Counted from the stretch's first letter, positions 36,001 through 48,870 are shown. The stretch: 64,000 bases of DNA from Takakia lepidozioides (GCA_030704615.1 CM060731.1:92628001-92692000), one strand, 5' to 3'. Translations and numbers: made by a program. The notes: generated by a model from the letters alone, not told the origin.

Positions 36001-39000
36001 TAAGCCTTTTTGACATCCAGGAAAAAAACATAAGTGGGTTTCCCTTCTTTTTTCCTTCCCTGAATAATCTGGCTTAGAGTGAAGATATGATCCACACAGC
36101 CCCTGTTTCGCCGAAAGCCAGCTTGGCCTTCGTGGAAACAACCTCTAGACTCCAGATCAACCTCGAGACGAGTACTTATAACTCTGCAGAATGTCTTGCC
36201 AACAGCATTGAGGAGCGTGATGCCACGGTAGTTCCCCGGTTCTTCTCTGTCACCCTTCTTGTATAGATTGACAATGACCCCCTGTCGCCAGCGAAAGGGG
36301 ATCATTTCAGTCTTCCAGATAAGGTTAAAGAGGAGAACTAGGGCCTCTATCATGGGATCGCCACCGTGCTTGATAAGCTCGTTGACAATACCATCAGGTC
36401 CACCAGCTTTATATCCATTTAAATGTTCAATTGCTTCCACAATCTCAGAAGAACTAATGGGAGCGTTATAAGCCATTGAAATATACTCCAGTTCATCAGG
36501 GCTGTTTTGAATCATAGGAACAGTTTTTCCAACTGTGTCCCTCCATTCAGCAGAAGACCCCTCACTGTTAGACCTAGAAGTTCTGCCAAGGATACTGTAG
36601 TGATTTTCAAAGGTTTTGACAATGTCAACCGATGAAGTCACCACTGCACCTTTAGTAGTCTTCAGCGCTTGTACTTGCTGACCGTTTTTAGGCTTGTACA
36701 AACGTTGAAGGGCCAACCAGAATTTCTTGTCATTACCACCATGGTGGTTTGAGTTTATTTCACTGTATAACTTATCCCAGTATAATTTCTTCTGAGACCT
36801 AACAAGCTGATTGATATCTTTACGGAGCTGGTAGTACCTCGCCCACAATTCTCTGTTGGTTTTCAAATTGCAGCACTCTTTATAGAGGGCTCGTCTCTCA
36901 GCTATCTTGAGTTTGATCTCATTGGTCCACCAATTAACAGCTCTACCGCAGACAATTAGTTTCCTCCCAGCCACGGAGGAAACGAAACTCTCCCAAGAGT
37001 CCACTGCTCTTTCGACTTCATTTCTTGCGTTTTCAGAGCGAGACTGAAGTTCTTGGAGCGATTGGACAAAGTGAGGGAGAGCCTCTTGCAAGGCCTGGAC
37101 GTACTCAGCCTTGACCTCCTCATTATGGAATTTTTCTATGCGCCACTTCCGAATCGAACGTTTCACAGATCTCTTGGTGTTGGGAAAACACCTTTTGATC
37201 TCAGTCCAAACCAGGAAGTGGTCAGAGGTACCAATATCAGTTCTGTCGATCAACACATTGGCACACTGGGGAAACAAATTTTTGTCCATTATGATATAGT
37301 CCACAATGGAACGTTCCCCAGTTTGGGATTTCTCACGAGTCCACTGCACTTTGTCACCTCTTGTCCTGTTATTCAAGGTCAAAAGCTGAAGCTCTTCCAG
37401 ACAGTTAATTAACCGTCTGCCATTAGAATTCAGCTCGTCCTCACCAAAAGGCCCAATGATATCGTCCTGATGGAGCCCTTTGCCCACCCGGGCATTGATG
37501 TCACCCAGTAGCACTACCTGACCTTTGGCAAGGAACGAAGCACAGTCCAGCTTTACATCTTCGAAGGCTTTGTCTGCGTCAGCACTAAGGGTCCCCTCTG
37601 TGGGCATGTAAACACAACCCACAAAGAGGTCCTTCATACTCATGCCGCCCTTCAGATTCAGTTTTAGCCAGATACTATGCTCGTACCTCAAACCCTTGTT
37701 GATAATTTCACAATTATCAAACAAGAAATCACGGACAAAGAATCCAACCCCTTTTTGACCGCGTTTGGCAGAGGCTGCCTTGAGAGTACACATCCTACCT
37801 GCCCATTTATAACCATTGACATCTCCAACCATTTATCCGACGTTTCCCATGTTTCTTGCCCAGCACAGATATGAATATCATTAGTCCGAAGGACTTGTCC
37901 CACTTCGAGTTGTTTCCTTTGGTTAGTAAGCCCTGAGAAGTTGAAAGTGGCGAGCCGCAAGCCAGCCCTTTGCATGTGAATTGTTTGTCGTCTAGGTAGC
38001 TTGTGATTGCTCCTGGACGGCCAACCGTTCTGCAAAGGGGGGACAGTTACCCCATGTGTAGATTTTGCTCGTCTTGTGTAAACTTTGAGAATTGGTAAAC
38101 CATTCAGGGTACCAAATCCTTCAGTTACACGACACACAGGCTCCGCACACTTAGGGGTATATTGTCCATCAGACTGCTTGGGGACAATTACCCCGTGTAT
38201 AGAATTTGCTCGTCTTGTGTAGACTTTGAGGATTGGTAAACCATTCAGAGTACCAAATCCTTCAGATTCAGGACGTTCAGGTTCTGTACACTTAGGGGCA
38301 TCTTGTCCTTCTGGCTGTTTGGATTCAACCTCATTCAGAGCATCAAACCGATTAGAAACTCTCAAGTTGAAGTCATTGCCCTTGGTTGTCTTCCTAGAGC
38401 GCCCCATTGCATCACCAATGTCTAAGACCGCTCTCCAGCCAGTCAAGGGGCGAACTTCTTTGAGATTGAATTGATGTGGGACTCTATTAGAAGCACTTTT
38501 GGTCATTGCAACCTTCAACGTACCCCTGTTATCAAGTCTCGAGATGGTACCATTAGCCATGAAATCCAAGCCTAAGCTAGAGCATGTAGTTTTAAAGGAC
38601 ACATCGTCCATCCTGGGATTCACCCCAAAACTACACATGAAGCCCTAGATTTGGCATAAGTAACCAATTCCCAGGGATCACCCTGAGGAGTGTTGATGTT
38701 GATAGGAGCTAAATTTTTGATTGTTTTCGCAGGCCATAAGTTTAAGCACAGGAACCAACCCGAGCCCAAGTGCCGAGTATGCTAAACAGAGCATACGACT
38801 GCCCAATTTGGGCGGAGGGGCTGCCCCCAAGCGGTAGGAGTCCGCTTGTTACCATTCAGAGATCACACTCCAGGGAGTTGCAGGGAATGGCCCGTGTAGG
38901 CATATTCTAAAGAGGGAAAGGCCCCAAGCTTTCCAACTAAATCCAATGCACTACCTTACCTGGAGCAAAGCGCTTCAGGTCGAAACAAACAAGGACACGA

Positions 39001-42000
39001 GGTCACAAGGCCGGCATTTAGTCACAGAGACATTAATGTACTCCCGTATCAAGTCCACCCAATGGCAATAGGCTTCCTAGAGGACAGGGAGAGAGAGAAG
39101 AGAGAGAGAGAGATGCATGGACCATGGGACAAAATAGAACAAGAAAACCACTCAGAAGACCCCAAGGTCACCCCAAAGCAAGTAAAAGAGGAGGAACCTG
39201 ACAATTTACCTCATGGCCCTGAGTGTAGATCTTGCAAGCATCCTCAAGCTCCACCAGAGATTTGTAGATCTCGTGCTTTTGTTGCCCCTCACAATGAGTG
39301 TGCACTCTGCTTCGATCACTCTTACTCCTGACCACAGGTATCTGAACTCCGCAAGCAGAACACCATGCAGCATCACATGTTGTGCATACCCAAAAGGCCT
39401 TGTTCCCTTCCTTTTCTTCCACACCCACTGAGCTCAATAGGAGACGAATACAGATCTGCTTCAGGCATTTTCTCTCAAGGCCGCGGACCTCCAGAGCATG
39501 GCGCACTGTCATGAAATATAATGAAGACCAGAAAATGAGTAGTCCATGCATCTATGCTGGATTCAAGACGGTCATATAATTTCATTGTTGTCTTGTAAAC
39601 ATGGGACTGCTATGACTTGGGCCCTTGAAAAGTCGTGGGAAGAACCAATCCACAAATGCGCTACAGACCACACGGCAACCTGCCAATGCACACAAAACCT
39701 ACCCAACAGCAAGCAAGCAAAGGCTCGGGACAGCCAATCTATTACAACTGTTCAAAAAGAAAGGGAGTAGCCACAAACAAGAATCAAATCAGAGGTTACC
39801 AAAACAAGTGTTACTTATATCAAAACACTTCCATGACTATTGTTATGAGCTTAGATGTGGCACATCTTGTTGTGGCCCTGCATACCTTCCATGAGGCCAA
39901 GATCAGACACTTTGGTGGCAAGGACTGCAGAAGGATTTTTGTGGTCACACCCTGAGTTGATACATAGCATGCGTGCGTCTCTGTTCAAAGATGGCCGATA
40001 GAGGCCATCATAGACAGTCACCAGCCATCTCTCGTAGGCCCGCACTGTCTTGTACCCAAGAAGCTCCATCAACTCACTTCTACTGAGTTCCTCCTTGCAG
40101 CTGTCCCACAGAGTATGGCTCCACAAAGTTACTACAAAGGTAATCTACAATTTATTCTAAGTACTCTGCTTTGCATGCCTGCTTTGATTCCCAAAATTTG
40201 AAAAAAAGAGTTAAACAAGCTGAGCTAATGGGGGTATCTCATCTGTGTTGAAGACCCTCCAGGAGCACCAGTTAGACTACAGCTTACAAAAGTTAGCACA
40301 AGTTTTCATGCTAATGCCATGACAAATCAGTTGGCAAGGACAGTCACTTCTCTGCTGGATTAAAAGACAGAGGTGCCAACTGAGACAAGCAAGGCACCAT
40401 GGACCGAAGTTTGCCAGGTTGCGAGAGCCCTCTCTTCAGGAATCCATCCATGCCAAAATGACAAAGCTTCCTAGATAAGAATAATGCAGCAATGGTGACA
40501 GAAATAATTAGCTAGAAACACTTAACTTGAGGTTGCTGAGCATTATAAGACATTGAGCATGGTAGTGAACCTTCCTGACTGGTCTTTTTTGGAGTTGATG
40601 GTTCCAACAGCCACTACAGTCTATAGATACAAGTTGCAGTCAATATACATTACAAATAAAGTTAAGGTGCTACCTGGAATTTGGACAGTGGATGCGAACC
40701 AGAAGGCTTGTAAATGAAGGCTTCGCTACACTCATTTGTTCTTTCATAATTTTGGCCACATATTCTTTGATGCACCGGTGGCAAAACTGATGTCTACAGC
40801 CTGTCATAAAGGTGTCCTTGGGTCTTACATCCCGGCAGAGCCCACACTCCTCCACGTTGTCCGAGCCTGCAACTGTCCAACCATCACTGCCACTTTCCAG
40901 GAAAATACTGGCCTCTAACCAAGTCAAGACACATAATGAGTTTGCTGTATCTTGCTAATGCAGAGGAGAGGATAGTCCAAGCCGTGCCACTTTAAAGTTG
41001 AAGTTTCCAATCATAGTTGTCTTATGCCGATGCTGATGTTAGCATATTTGAGGTGGTTGCCAGGATCAAATCCCACGACTATGACATTAGGTTTGCATGA
41101 AAATTGCAAATGAGCCATCAAGTTGAAGATGACAAGGGTGAATGCAGGACTTATTTGAGATGTTAAATCAATGAGGGCGCTGGCGCCGGCATTGCAGAGG
41201 AAACAGGGTTTTTCTAGTCCCCTGACATGTGACATGATTGACCATGATGTCACACTAATGCAGCCTGCAGGGGGAGGTTTGCAATAACTACAACAGGCGC
41301 CAAAAATAAATTTGTATGACACGGAAAAGAACTTTATCTCACAAAAATAAATGCGCAAAAGAGAACAGTTGCATGGCTTCCCATATATATATCAGAACAT
41401 GTTGTTGGTCATTCCACTGGGTTTATCACCCCCTTCCTATGAAAGGAGATACTCGACAGAGAATGCAGAAATAAAATATCTGGCCGCCAAACAGGGGTGT
41501 CCTGTACTTTTTCAGTTACTTTGCACTAACACTGAAAGTGCTTCCAATACGTACGTCAATGTAATTCGCTCCCTCTACCTACAACCGTTAGCCTGGCATT
41601 GTCAGCCTCCTCTTGTCATCTTGAGACCTTGTTGTCCTAAAAAATTGATCATGAATTTCCTTTGATTCGATGGAAATGCTCCCTTGACCCGCAGTGTACT
41701 TGAGGGAGAGAAATAGATTCTATGAGACTCGGACCCATGCCCCCATGCCAATTGGCAATTGATGAAAGATAAGAGCCGCAGTACTCTTCTTCAATTCTTC
41801 ATATATTGCAGCATCCACCTAATCTACCATGCATCGTTCGCAATCCTTCTCCGCCCCGAGAGCCAATTCTACATCAATTGTCACACATTTCCAACCGAAA
41901 TACCCTAAAGACACTCACCTCTAATCTCTCGCCTTCTCTCCACATCACCAGCACAATCCTCCTCGAGGCGCTGGCGCTTGTTTCCGCGCGTACAAGGCCT

Positions 42001-42102
42001 TGACTTCTCCATCGTCACACTCTCTTTGCTCTCCAATTTGGCAGCCACGCTGTCCAATGTCCCCACAGAACTCCTTGATCTCGACCTCGTGAAGGGTGCC
42101 AT
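30064..42102 (-). CDS. RING/IBR-like + BIRC6(BRUCE)-type ubiquitin-conjugating enzyme fusion protein, ~840 aa
   Basis: Approximate exons 42102-41919, 40914-40674, 40100-39886, 39427-39210, 32759-32669, 32441-32149, 32031-31802, 31602-31023, 30546-30064, with GT-AG boundaries and compatible phases where checked. [20 protein letters not shown]; IBR-like CINSGC..CTTC..WCSAC..HTHC; WADGTGFGG; [66 protein letters not shown]. Confidence 0.85.
33259..34350 (-). mobile_element. Two 5'-truncated copies of the adjacent LINE, head-to-tail, each with a (TC)n tail
   Basis: Repeats of the C-terminal CPLC..HFLIHCP coding region and the TGAGTACA(TTC)(TC)n terminus at ~33270 and ~33705. Confidence 0.88.
34352..39090 (-). 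mobile_element. Near full-length non-LTR retrotransposon (APE + RT + CCHC; RTEX/L2-like), frameshifted, in a UBC gene intron
   Basis: APE motifs [33 protein letters not shown]; RT motifs [52 protein letters not shown]; C-terminal C..C..HFLIHCP; microsatellite at both ends. Clade call tentative. Confidence 0.92.
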
Positions 42103-42804
42103 GGCGTCGCAAGATGTGAGAGACGAGCGAGTTGCGGGATGCTGCGATGGCGTAGACGACCGGGACAAGAAGCAGACCAAGGAGCGGAGCCACCCCATAG
42201 ACAACCCGAGGCACCAGCCCTCTACAGTGCGTTAGAGGCGATCCCGCCAGCTGATCTGCAGCACGGCTATGCCATTTGCTGTTTACAAGTGTATCCTCTC
42301 CCTCCCGTGCGTCTCCTTCCCCGCCAAGCTCCTCCTCCTCCGCCCCTCGCTCTCTCTCGCCACAGCGCACCCGCGTGAGGTCGCTAAGCGTGCTTAGTGT
42401 GCCCCGTAACTGCTAATCCATCTCGTTTATCGCCCGCCCTAACTCACTTTGCACAAATAAGTGCCCCTCGCTGATGCGGCTTATTACTCTCGCCTAATCT
42501 TCCTCCCACTCTCCCTTCCCTTTCCTGACGTCGGGATAATAACTCACTCTTCTCTTAATTTAGAAGCCCACATCGCTATCGCTAAACATATCGCTCTATA
42601 TCTATATCTATCTATATTTAATTCAAACATCCCACTTAGGTAGGGCAGGCTCTGACCAATACACCATAACAACATGGGACTGTATGTTTTAAAACATCGG
42701 AAATAAAACAGGGGTTGGACACCGCCCCATAGATCTAAGGGCCACTTTCCATGTGAACCCTTTCCCATTTGCAGACATCATACAAGATGGGGTTCACCAA
42801 GGGT

Positions 42805-43045
42805 TCTATCGTTCTATCCATTGACTCTTTGGGTGGTCCTGCCATGTGCAACCCAATATCTAAACCCGTCTTGCTATGTGCATCGGCTAACCTCGTCGAA
42901 GACCAACATGAGAATGTGTCATGGAGTTTGAATAAGGAATCGGTGACCTCTTTAGTAAGTGAAATCGATGTTCTATCCGTTGACTCTTTAGATGGTCCTT
43001 CCATGTGCAACCCAATATCTAATCCCGTTTTGCTATGTGCATGGG
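42805..43045. repeat. Direct repeat of ~75 bp at 159-bp spacing, upstream of the UBC gene
   Basis: gttctatcc.ttgactcttt..tggtcct.ccatgtgcaacccaatatctaa.cccgt.ttgctatgtgcat at 42811 and 42970. Confidence 0.8.
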
Positions 43046-43602
43046 CAAATCCACTCCCCGCCCAAAATACAGTCTCGGGGGTGAGGGCTAGCAAAGGTTG
43101 CGATCCCCATCGGGCATGTAAGCGGGCTAGAATAATATGAATGGGTGAGTTGGAAAGTGTTAATGAGCAGAAAGAGAATCACTACAACATATCTTGGCTT
43201 TAAGGTCTGCCACATTTGCCCAGTCGTTGCATATATGTCTGCAAAATGCAAGGGGGTAGTCCTGGATGCCAATGGTGACCACCATAAGTCGTATATGCCA
43301 CCTTGTACCTCCGCCATGTCAGGATATCCGGTCAAACATATTTGACCAGATAAGGGGAGATGGTAGATACGACTACGAGTCATGGCCAAAACTACAACAG
43401 GATGACGTGGGCATGAGAATGTATGACTGCCAGTATTCACGACTGCATGTGGCGATTGTTGGTTGCCCAAGGATTGTCTGAAAGAGAACTCGACCCGGCC
43501 AAGCAACGCCTCACATTTTGCGTTGCACTGGACCCGGGTTATTGTTGCACGGGTGTGCATGCACATGGAAATGCCTATGTAGACTTGTGCTTCTTCTATG
43601 TG

Positions 43603-43690
43603 AGGGAAGACTCCGGCCAAAATCGGCGTAACTAAGAGCCACTTCACCTCACGGCTTCTGCCCCCTCTCGGGGGTGGGCCCTATACCTCC
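43603..43690 (-). repeat. Second copy of the tetraloop-rich retroposed motif
   Basis: ggcgtaactaagagccacttcacct..ggct.ctgccccct.tcgggggtgggcccta matches 24660-24728. Confidence 0.85.
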
Positions 43691-43694
43691 TAGG

Positions 43695-46688
43695 CAGTGT
43701 TTTTTTTTTTTGGTTTTTGAGAAGTAGCCAGCATGGCTCCTTAGGATTGGCGGATGGTGCCAATGTGGCGACGTCAGCGCTATGGGAGTGTAAACAGGGT
43801 GGCTCCCTCGAGAAGAAGCATGTCGCAGGGAGGCGGCGCTTACAAATGTGTAGTTGTTACAGCAGGCGATTAGTTTAACAATGTGGAGAAGGTTCTGGCT
43901 TCCTTTAATTTCTGGATGTGGTTGCTTTGGTGACAGGATATTTTTTGGGCAGTGAAATGGCGAATACCAGTAATGATATATAGGATTTTGGGCAAAATTG
44001 CAAGCTTGCAAAGGGTCTGGACTTTGTCCTGAAGTTCATGGTTGAATCTTGATTCTTCGCCAAGCCCTTTGTTTAAAAGCACACCACATCCAAGACCACA
44101 CAAGGGACCCACACTCATGGGGGAATTGAACCTCTGAAATTGCCCATTGTAGCATGAGTGACCTGCACACACATACACAAAACACACCACACAACAGCAA
44201 GAGAATCCAGCTAAGTGGTAAGGCTCCAAAACACAATAAAATACACAGAACTTGCCAAGATCATGGAAACAAAGAGGTTCTCAGAATTGGAGTTTATTCC
44301 AAGGGGGATCATGCAGCCTCAGTGAGAGGCTTGTCACTGAAACATGTACCACGAAAGTGGAAAATATCTACAAGTTGTCTGCCCTACACCATAACATGAA
44401 CCACAAAGACTACGCATCAAAATTATAACGCACAAGAGCGGCCTTCCACTGGTCAATGCATTCAGCATATGGAAAGGTTTCCAGCGTGTAGAACCGTTGT
44501 GCAAACATTCTCACAACCAATGGCAAGTGGGTTGTGAGTTTGTTTTGCAGCTTGGATTTCATGAAAGCAAGGGTACTAAAGCATCGCTCGTCTTCAACGC
44601 TTCCCAACACCTGCACCATTGCAATCTCTGCCAATTTAATATACTCTGGAAAACTATTCACCAAGACCCTCGAGGCAGTTCCGGTTCGCCACATACGTGT
44701 CAAAGGGTTGGTAGCAATGCGGTGGGCCATGCAATGCACCCCTAAGCAGTGGGGTGCCCAATTGTCATGAATCTGTCGAGTGACCCCATTCGGAGTCCCC
44801 TGAAAGACATTGACACCATCTGCACCAAAACTCAACAGCTTACAACGGATAGATTCCTGTGGGAGGCCCCCTCCTATCATGAGTGCTTCCATTATGACTC
44901 TGGTCAAGTTGTCAGACCCCTGCCCCTTCTGTAACTCGCTCAAGTGAAATCAGAATAGGGATCCTTACCCAATTTTGGACTACATAAGCGTGAACTGACA
45001 ACCAAGATTGTCTGTCGATATCACACGTCGAAGCCACACATAGTTACCTACCAACACAGCCTCCCTAGTAACTTGCAACACCTGAGCATGCATGTGATCA
45101 GTCATGCTCCACCCAGAGTTATCAGACCAATGTTTCTTTGGATTCCGAGGAACATGCAAGTACTGAAAAAGACCACGCATAGATTCATACTCAGTCATGG
45201 GTCTACCTTGCTGAAAAATGTGGAAAACAGTGGCAAATTGTATGAGCTTCTTTTTTTTCTCACCAGCCACTCCATTCGCTAGCATTTGATCGATGACAGA
45301 CTCTCTACTGCGGGAGGCATATATGACCATGTTCTTTGTGTGTCTGCATTCATGAGTGAAGTAGAAGTCACATTTCTTAACACCCCCACCCATTGCCCTA
45401 TTTGCCTTCCTTCTGCCAGCATGTTTTTGGAGCGAGTCCCACTTTGCCGCTATCAACTTGTCCTTCCCATCTACTTTAGTGCACACCTTGCACTTCACTG
45501 TATGCAACACCCATCCAGATCCAAGTACCATTTCAGCCCAAGGTAACTTTGCAGCCCATGCATCCTGAAACTTTCTACTACTGTCATAACATTTCTTCTT
45601 GCTCTGTCCATGTGGAAGTGCATCAGGTTCAGCAAGGGGAGAATCGTTTTCAGTATTGGCAACCTGCTCTTGGTCATGACTACAAGATGCCATATTGCTA
45701 GGGGGTTGTTGAGCGTGTAGAGGCCCTGTGGTTTCAGGATTTCTGCTGCTATAAAAATACTTGAACTTGTAAGTCTGTGGCAACTGGGGAGGCATAGTGA
45801 AGGCTGCAGGTTGACAAAACAAACTGAAACAAACTGATCAAGGAAAGAACAACAATACCTTTCCACATATCTTGAGGCTCCCAATCCCTGCATATAAACA
45901 CAAGGCACCATAATCATCCTGTCACCATCCACCAAAGCCCTAAAGACATTAAAACACATGTAGTACCCCTCACCAAATAATCACAAGTGCATGCAAATGA
46001 AAGCAACAAAGGGCTGGAATCGCAGGATCGCAAGGGCAACCAAGTCCCCATTCATATCCACTTACACCTGATACCTAAACGAGCCAGCAATCTGGCCTGG
46101 CGTCGGCAAATCTGCATGTAAGATCCAACCCAAATCTGGAATGCATTGAAAGACATTTTATTTCCTGTACTACTACAGTCGTCATAGCAGCCGCCATGCC
46201 TAAACGGTGCGCCGTGCGCCATGCCTAAACGGTGTAAAGTAGAGTGGCAGCTGCACACTGCATATTGTAAGGCCTTGCACTAAGCGTAAACACTAAGTAC
46301 TAAGGTGCAGGACTCATGAGAGTGGGCGATCGCAGAAAGGAAATGTAGGAATGGAGCTGGCAAGTGGAGACCCCTCACGGGAGAAAAACCAGGGCGAAAT
46401 GGGTGGCCCAGATGGAGCCATGGAGGCGAAATGGGACGGTTGGGATGTGATGAGGAGGCGATTAGGTGTACACGCCACGTAACAAACTGGCGAAGGGCTC
46501 TCTGGGGATGTGGGGTTGGGGAGGCGACATGTGCCCATCTGGGGCTCGCAATCTGGCGCGGGATTTCCTGGCCCCCTAGCTTTATGGCGAGTAATGGGGT
46601 TTTAAAACCCTGCACACCCTTTGTGCAAGTCGCCGACCCTTGTTGGAGGTCGAAATCTGGCGATTATTCGCCAGATTTAAAAATACTG
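43695..46688 (-). mobile_element. hAT transposon (ZNF862-like transposase), internally deleted
   Basis: RKFQDAWAAKLPW..KCKVC..H, FGADG, HCMAHR and hATC-like EDERCFSTLAFMKSKLQNKL; ends CAGTGTTTTT and CAGTATTTTT (rc); degenerate 8-bp TSD ctcctagg/atcctata. Confidence 0.85.
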
Positions 46689-47062
46689 ATCCTATATGAC
46701 ATCAACAGCACGGGTCTACATGGAAAGTGGCGGTACGTTAGCTTTTTTGGAATCATGAGGGGAAAAAAATTAAAACTCCAAAAATATGTGCCCACCACCC
46801 AGTGATTCTTCGCTCAAATCCTGCTGTCTTGTGGGGGTGTGTATAATCTTCTCTCCTTCCCTTGTGCTCTGGGGTTACTTTGAATAAGTTTATTTTCTCC
46901 TCTCACTAAAAATTGAGGGCCTGAGTTATGAGCCATAGTAGCTTCCTGGTGTTTTTTTTGGTAATAATAATAATAATAATAATAATAGTTGGTGAATGGA
47001 ATTTTTTTCCAAAAGAGTTTTTTTTTTTTTGTCTTTCTTAGGGGAAAAAAAACCGAGATTAA

Positions 47063-47853
47063 CCCTTAAGTTCCCAAGCCCTTTTTTGACTTTTTACCAA
47101 TTTTGGGTACCCAGCTGCAGTAAATTGCCCCTAGAAACCTACCAAAAATCATCCACAGATTCCAGCCTTATAGCAATGGGCCCAGAAAACCAAAAAATGA
47201 GCCAAGTCCACCGTGGAAATTGTGAGATTATAGCGTTGGCCCGAACCTCAAATATCAGGTCCCAAAGAAAAAGTGAGAAAGAAATTGGTTTGACCATATC
47301 CAATTTTGCTGGCCCCAAGACCCACCATTTCCAAATCAATAGTGGAGTGGCCATGACCCCACTAAATTGCAGGTCCAACTGATTTTTTCACCTATGCTTG
47401 CTATGCATGCAATTACATGGGGGTTGAAATCTCAAAATTGACAAGAGAAAATGTGCCTCCAAATGAAGTATTTTTTTTTCTACAAATTTTTTAAAAGCTA
47501 ACGGTGGATGTGTGTATGTAATGCTCACACACCACAAGGTGAAGTGTTTTTTCCAAAATTGCTAATTTTCTGCCAAAAATGGCCTTTGGAGTGCAATCTG
47601 TTTTGGGCTTGTTTACCTGCCACGTCAGCGGTCAACTGCCCTTTTCAGGCCCCAAAACGTAAATTAAAGATCTAAGATATTTTTTGTAAGTCACAGCTTT
47701 TGTTTTTTTTTTTTTTTTTTTTTTGCATCATATCGAGACAAATCCCTTGTCATTAAAGCTTCAGGAGTGGGCCCCATCAGATTAGATCTGCAAAAATTAG
47801 GTCGAACTGCAAGTTCAAAGTGACCTGATTCGGGTCGCTTGGGAACTTAAGGG
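47063..47853. mobile_element. piggyBac-like non-autonomous element (791 bp)
   Basis: TTAA|CCCTTAAGTTCCCAAGC ... GCTTGGGAACTTAAGGG|TTAA: perfect 17-bp TIR starting CCC, with TTAA on both sides. Confidence 0.85.
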
Positions 47854-47929
47854 TTAAATGAAAGTTTGATTTTGAGATGGACATTTTTGTTTTCAATTTT
47901 CTTGAGAAAATGACAAACTTGACCCAAAA

Positions 47930-48870
47930 ATTGACTAAAGGGGCGTGGAAAAAATGACCACGAGAGGCTATAGACTCAACTTAGAGAGAGAAACCACCAA
48001 CACCAAATAAACAAGTCCAAAACACAAAGAAAGACCAAATTGGACTCGGGCCATGGGGACAGAGAAGGAAAATAGAGCACAAGAAGAGGTAATGAGACAG
48101 TAGATGCAAGAAACAAGAAGCGTCAAGGCAAAAGGAAACCTAATGCCTTATACTTCGAATCCCTAGTACGGCATTGAGCCAATTGATTTCCCAGCAAGTT
48201 CCAAATCTATGCGGAGTGCATCAATGCACAAATTGGAAACATGGACGTAGATGATGCCACACTTGGCCCAGGTGATATCAAAGTCCTTAAGAAGTTGTTG
48301 GCGCCATCCATTGGAAGATGTGGAAAGAGCTGCACCCATCACCACCCACGTTTTTTTCCCCTTATTCATCACATCATACCTAGTTAATTTTGAGCAACAC
48401 AAAATTGATGTTGGCGACCTCCCTCATAAAGAAAGGTACAAGAGATTTCCCATCCCCAAAAGGGGGTAGTAGCCGCAAGGTGAAGTGACTCTTAATTACA
48501 CCAGCCTATGCCAAAGTCATCTCTCTCTCTTTGAAAGAAGAAAAAAAAGGGAGGAAGATAGAGAGGATGGAGTCCCGGTTATTGTAGAAAGAAATGTCGA
48601 CAAGGGCCCAGATTGCCATCGGGCAGTAGAGCAAACAATGCTTGATGGTTTCAGATAGGCACAAGAAGGGTAGTCAGGCTACCAATAAAGGTTTGGTATG
48701 TAATTTTCGAGATGAAAGCACTCATTTTGGCCAACCTTTCTTTCTTCCAAATTTCTTTCCAAATAGATTTCCAGTTGATAACATCATACAAGAAGATATT
48801 CATTTTCTTTCCCACTTACCAAAGCGGGTGTCAGAATTGAGTATTAAATTTTCGCAAAATAACCGTCACG
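47930..48870 (-). mobile_element. L1-type LINE 3' fragment (zf-RVT region), degenerate
   Basis: NWKSIWKEIWK..AKMSAF, ETIKHCLLYCP.A.W and FDITWAKCG, followed by a pyrimidine-rich 3' UTR-like tract. Confidence 0.65.
48448..48531 (+). repeat. Third, more decayed copy of the tetraloop-rich motif, inside the L1 fragment
   Basis: ccccaaaagggggtagtagccgcaaggtgaagtgactcttaattacacc..tctctctct. Confidence 0.75.

Noticed and set aside
38990-39090. HDV-like or twister ribozyme at the LINE 5' end
   Set aside because: I could not build the required pseudoknots or conserved cores by eye.
41577-41820. Extra exon in the UBC gene
   Set aside because: The acceptor/frame combinations I tested hit stops; exon 1 joins 40914 in phase without it.
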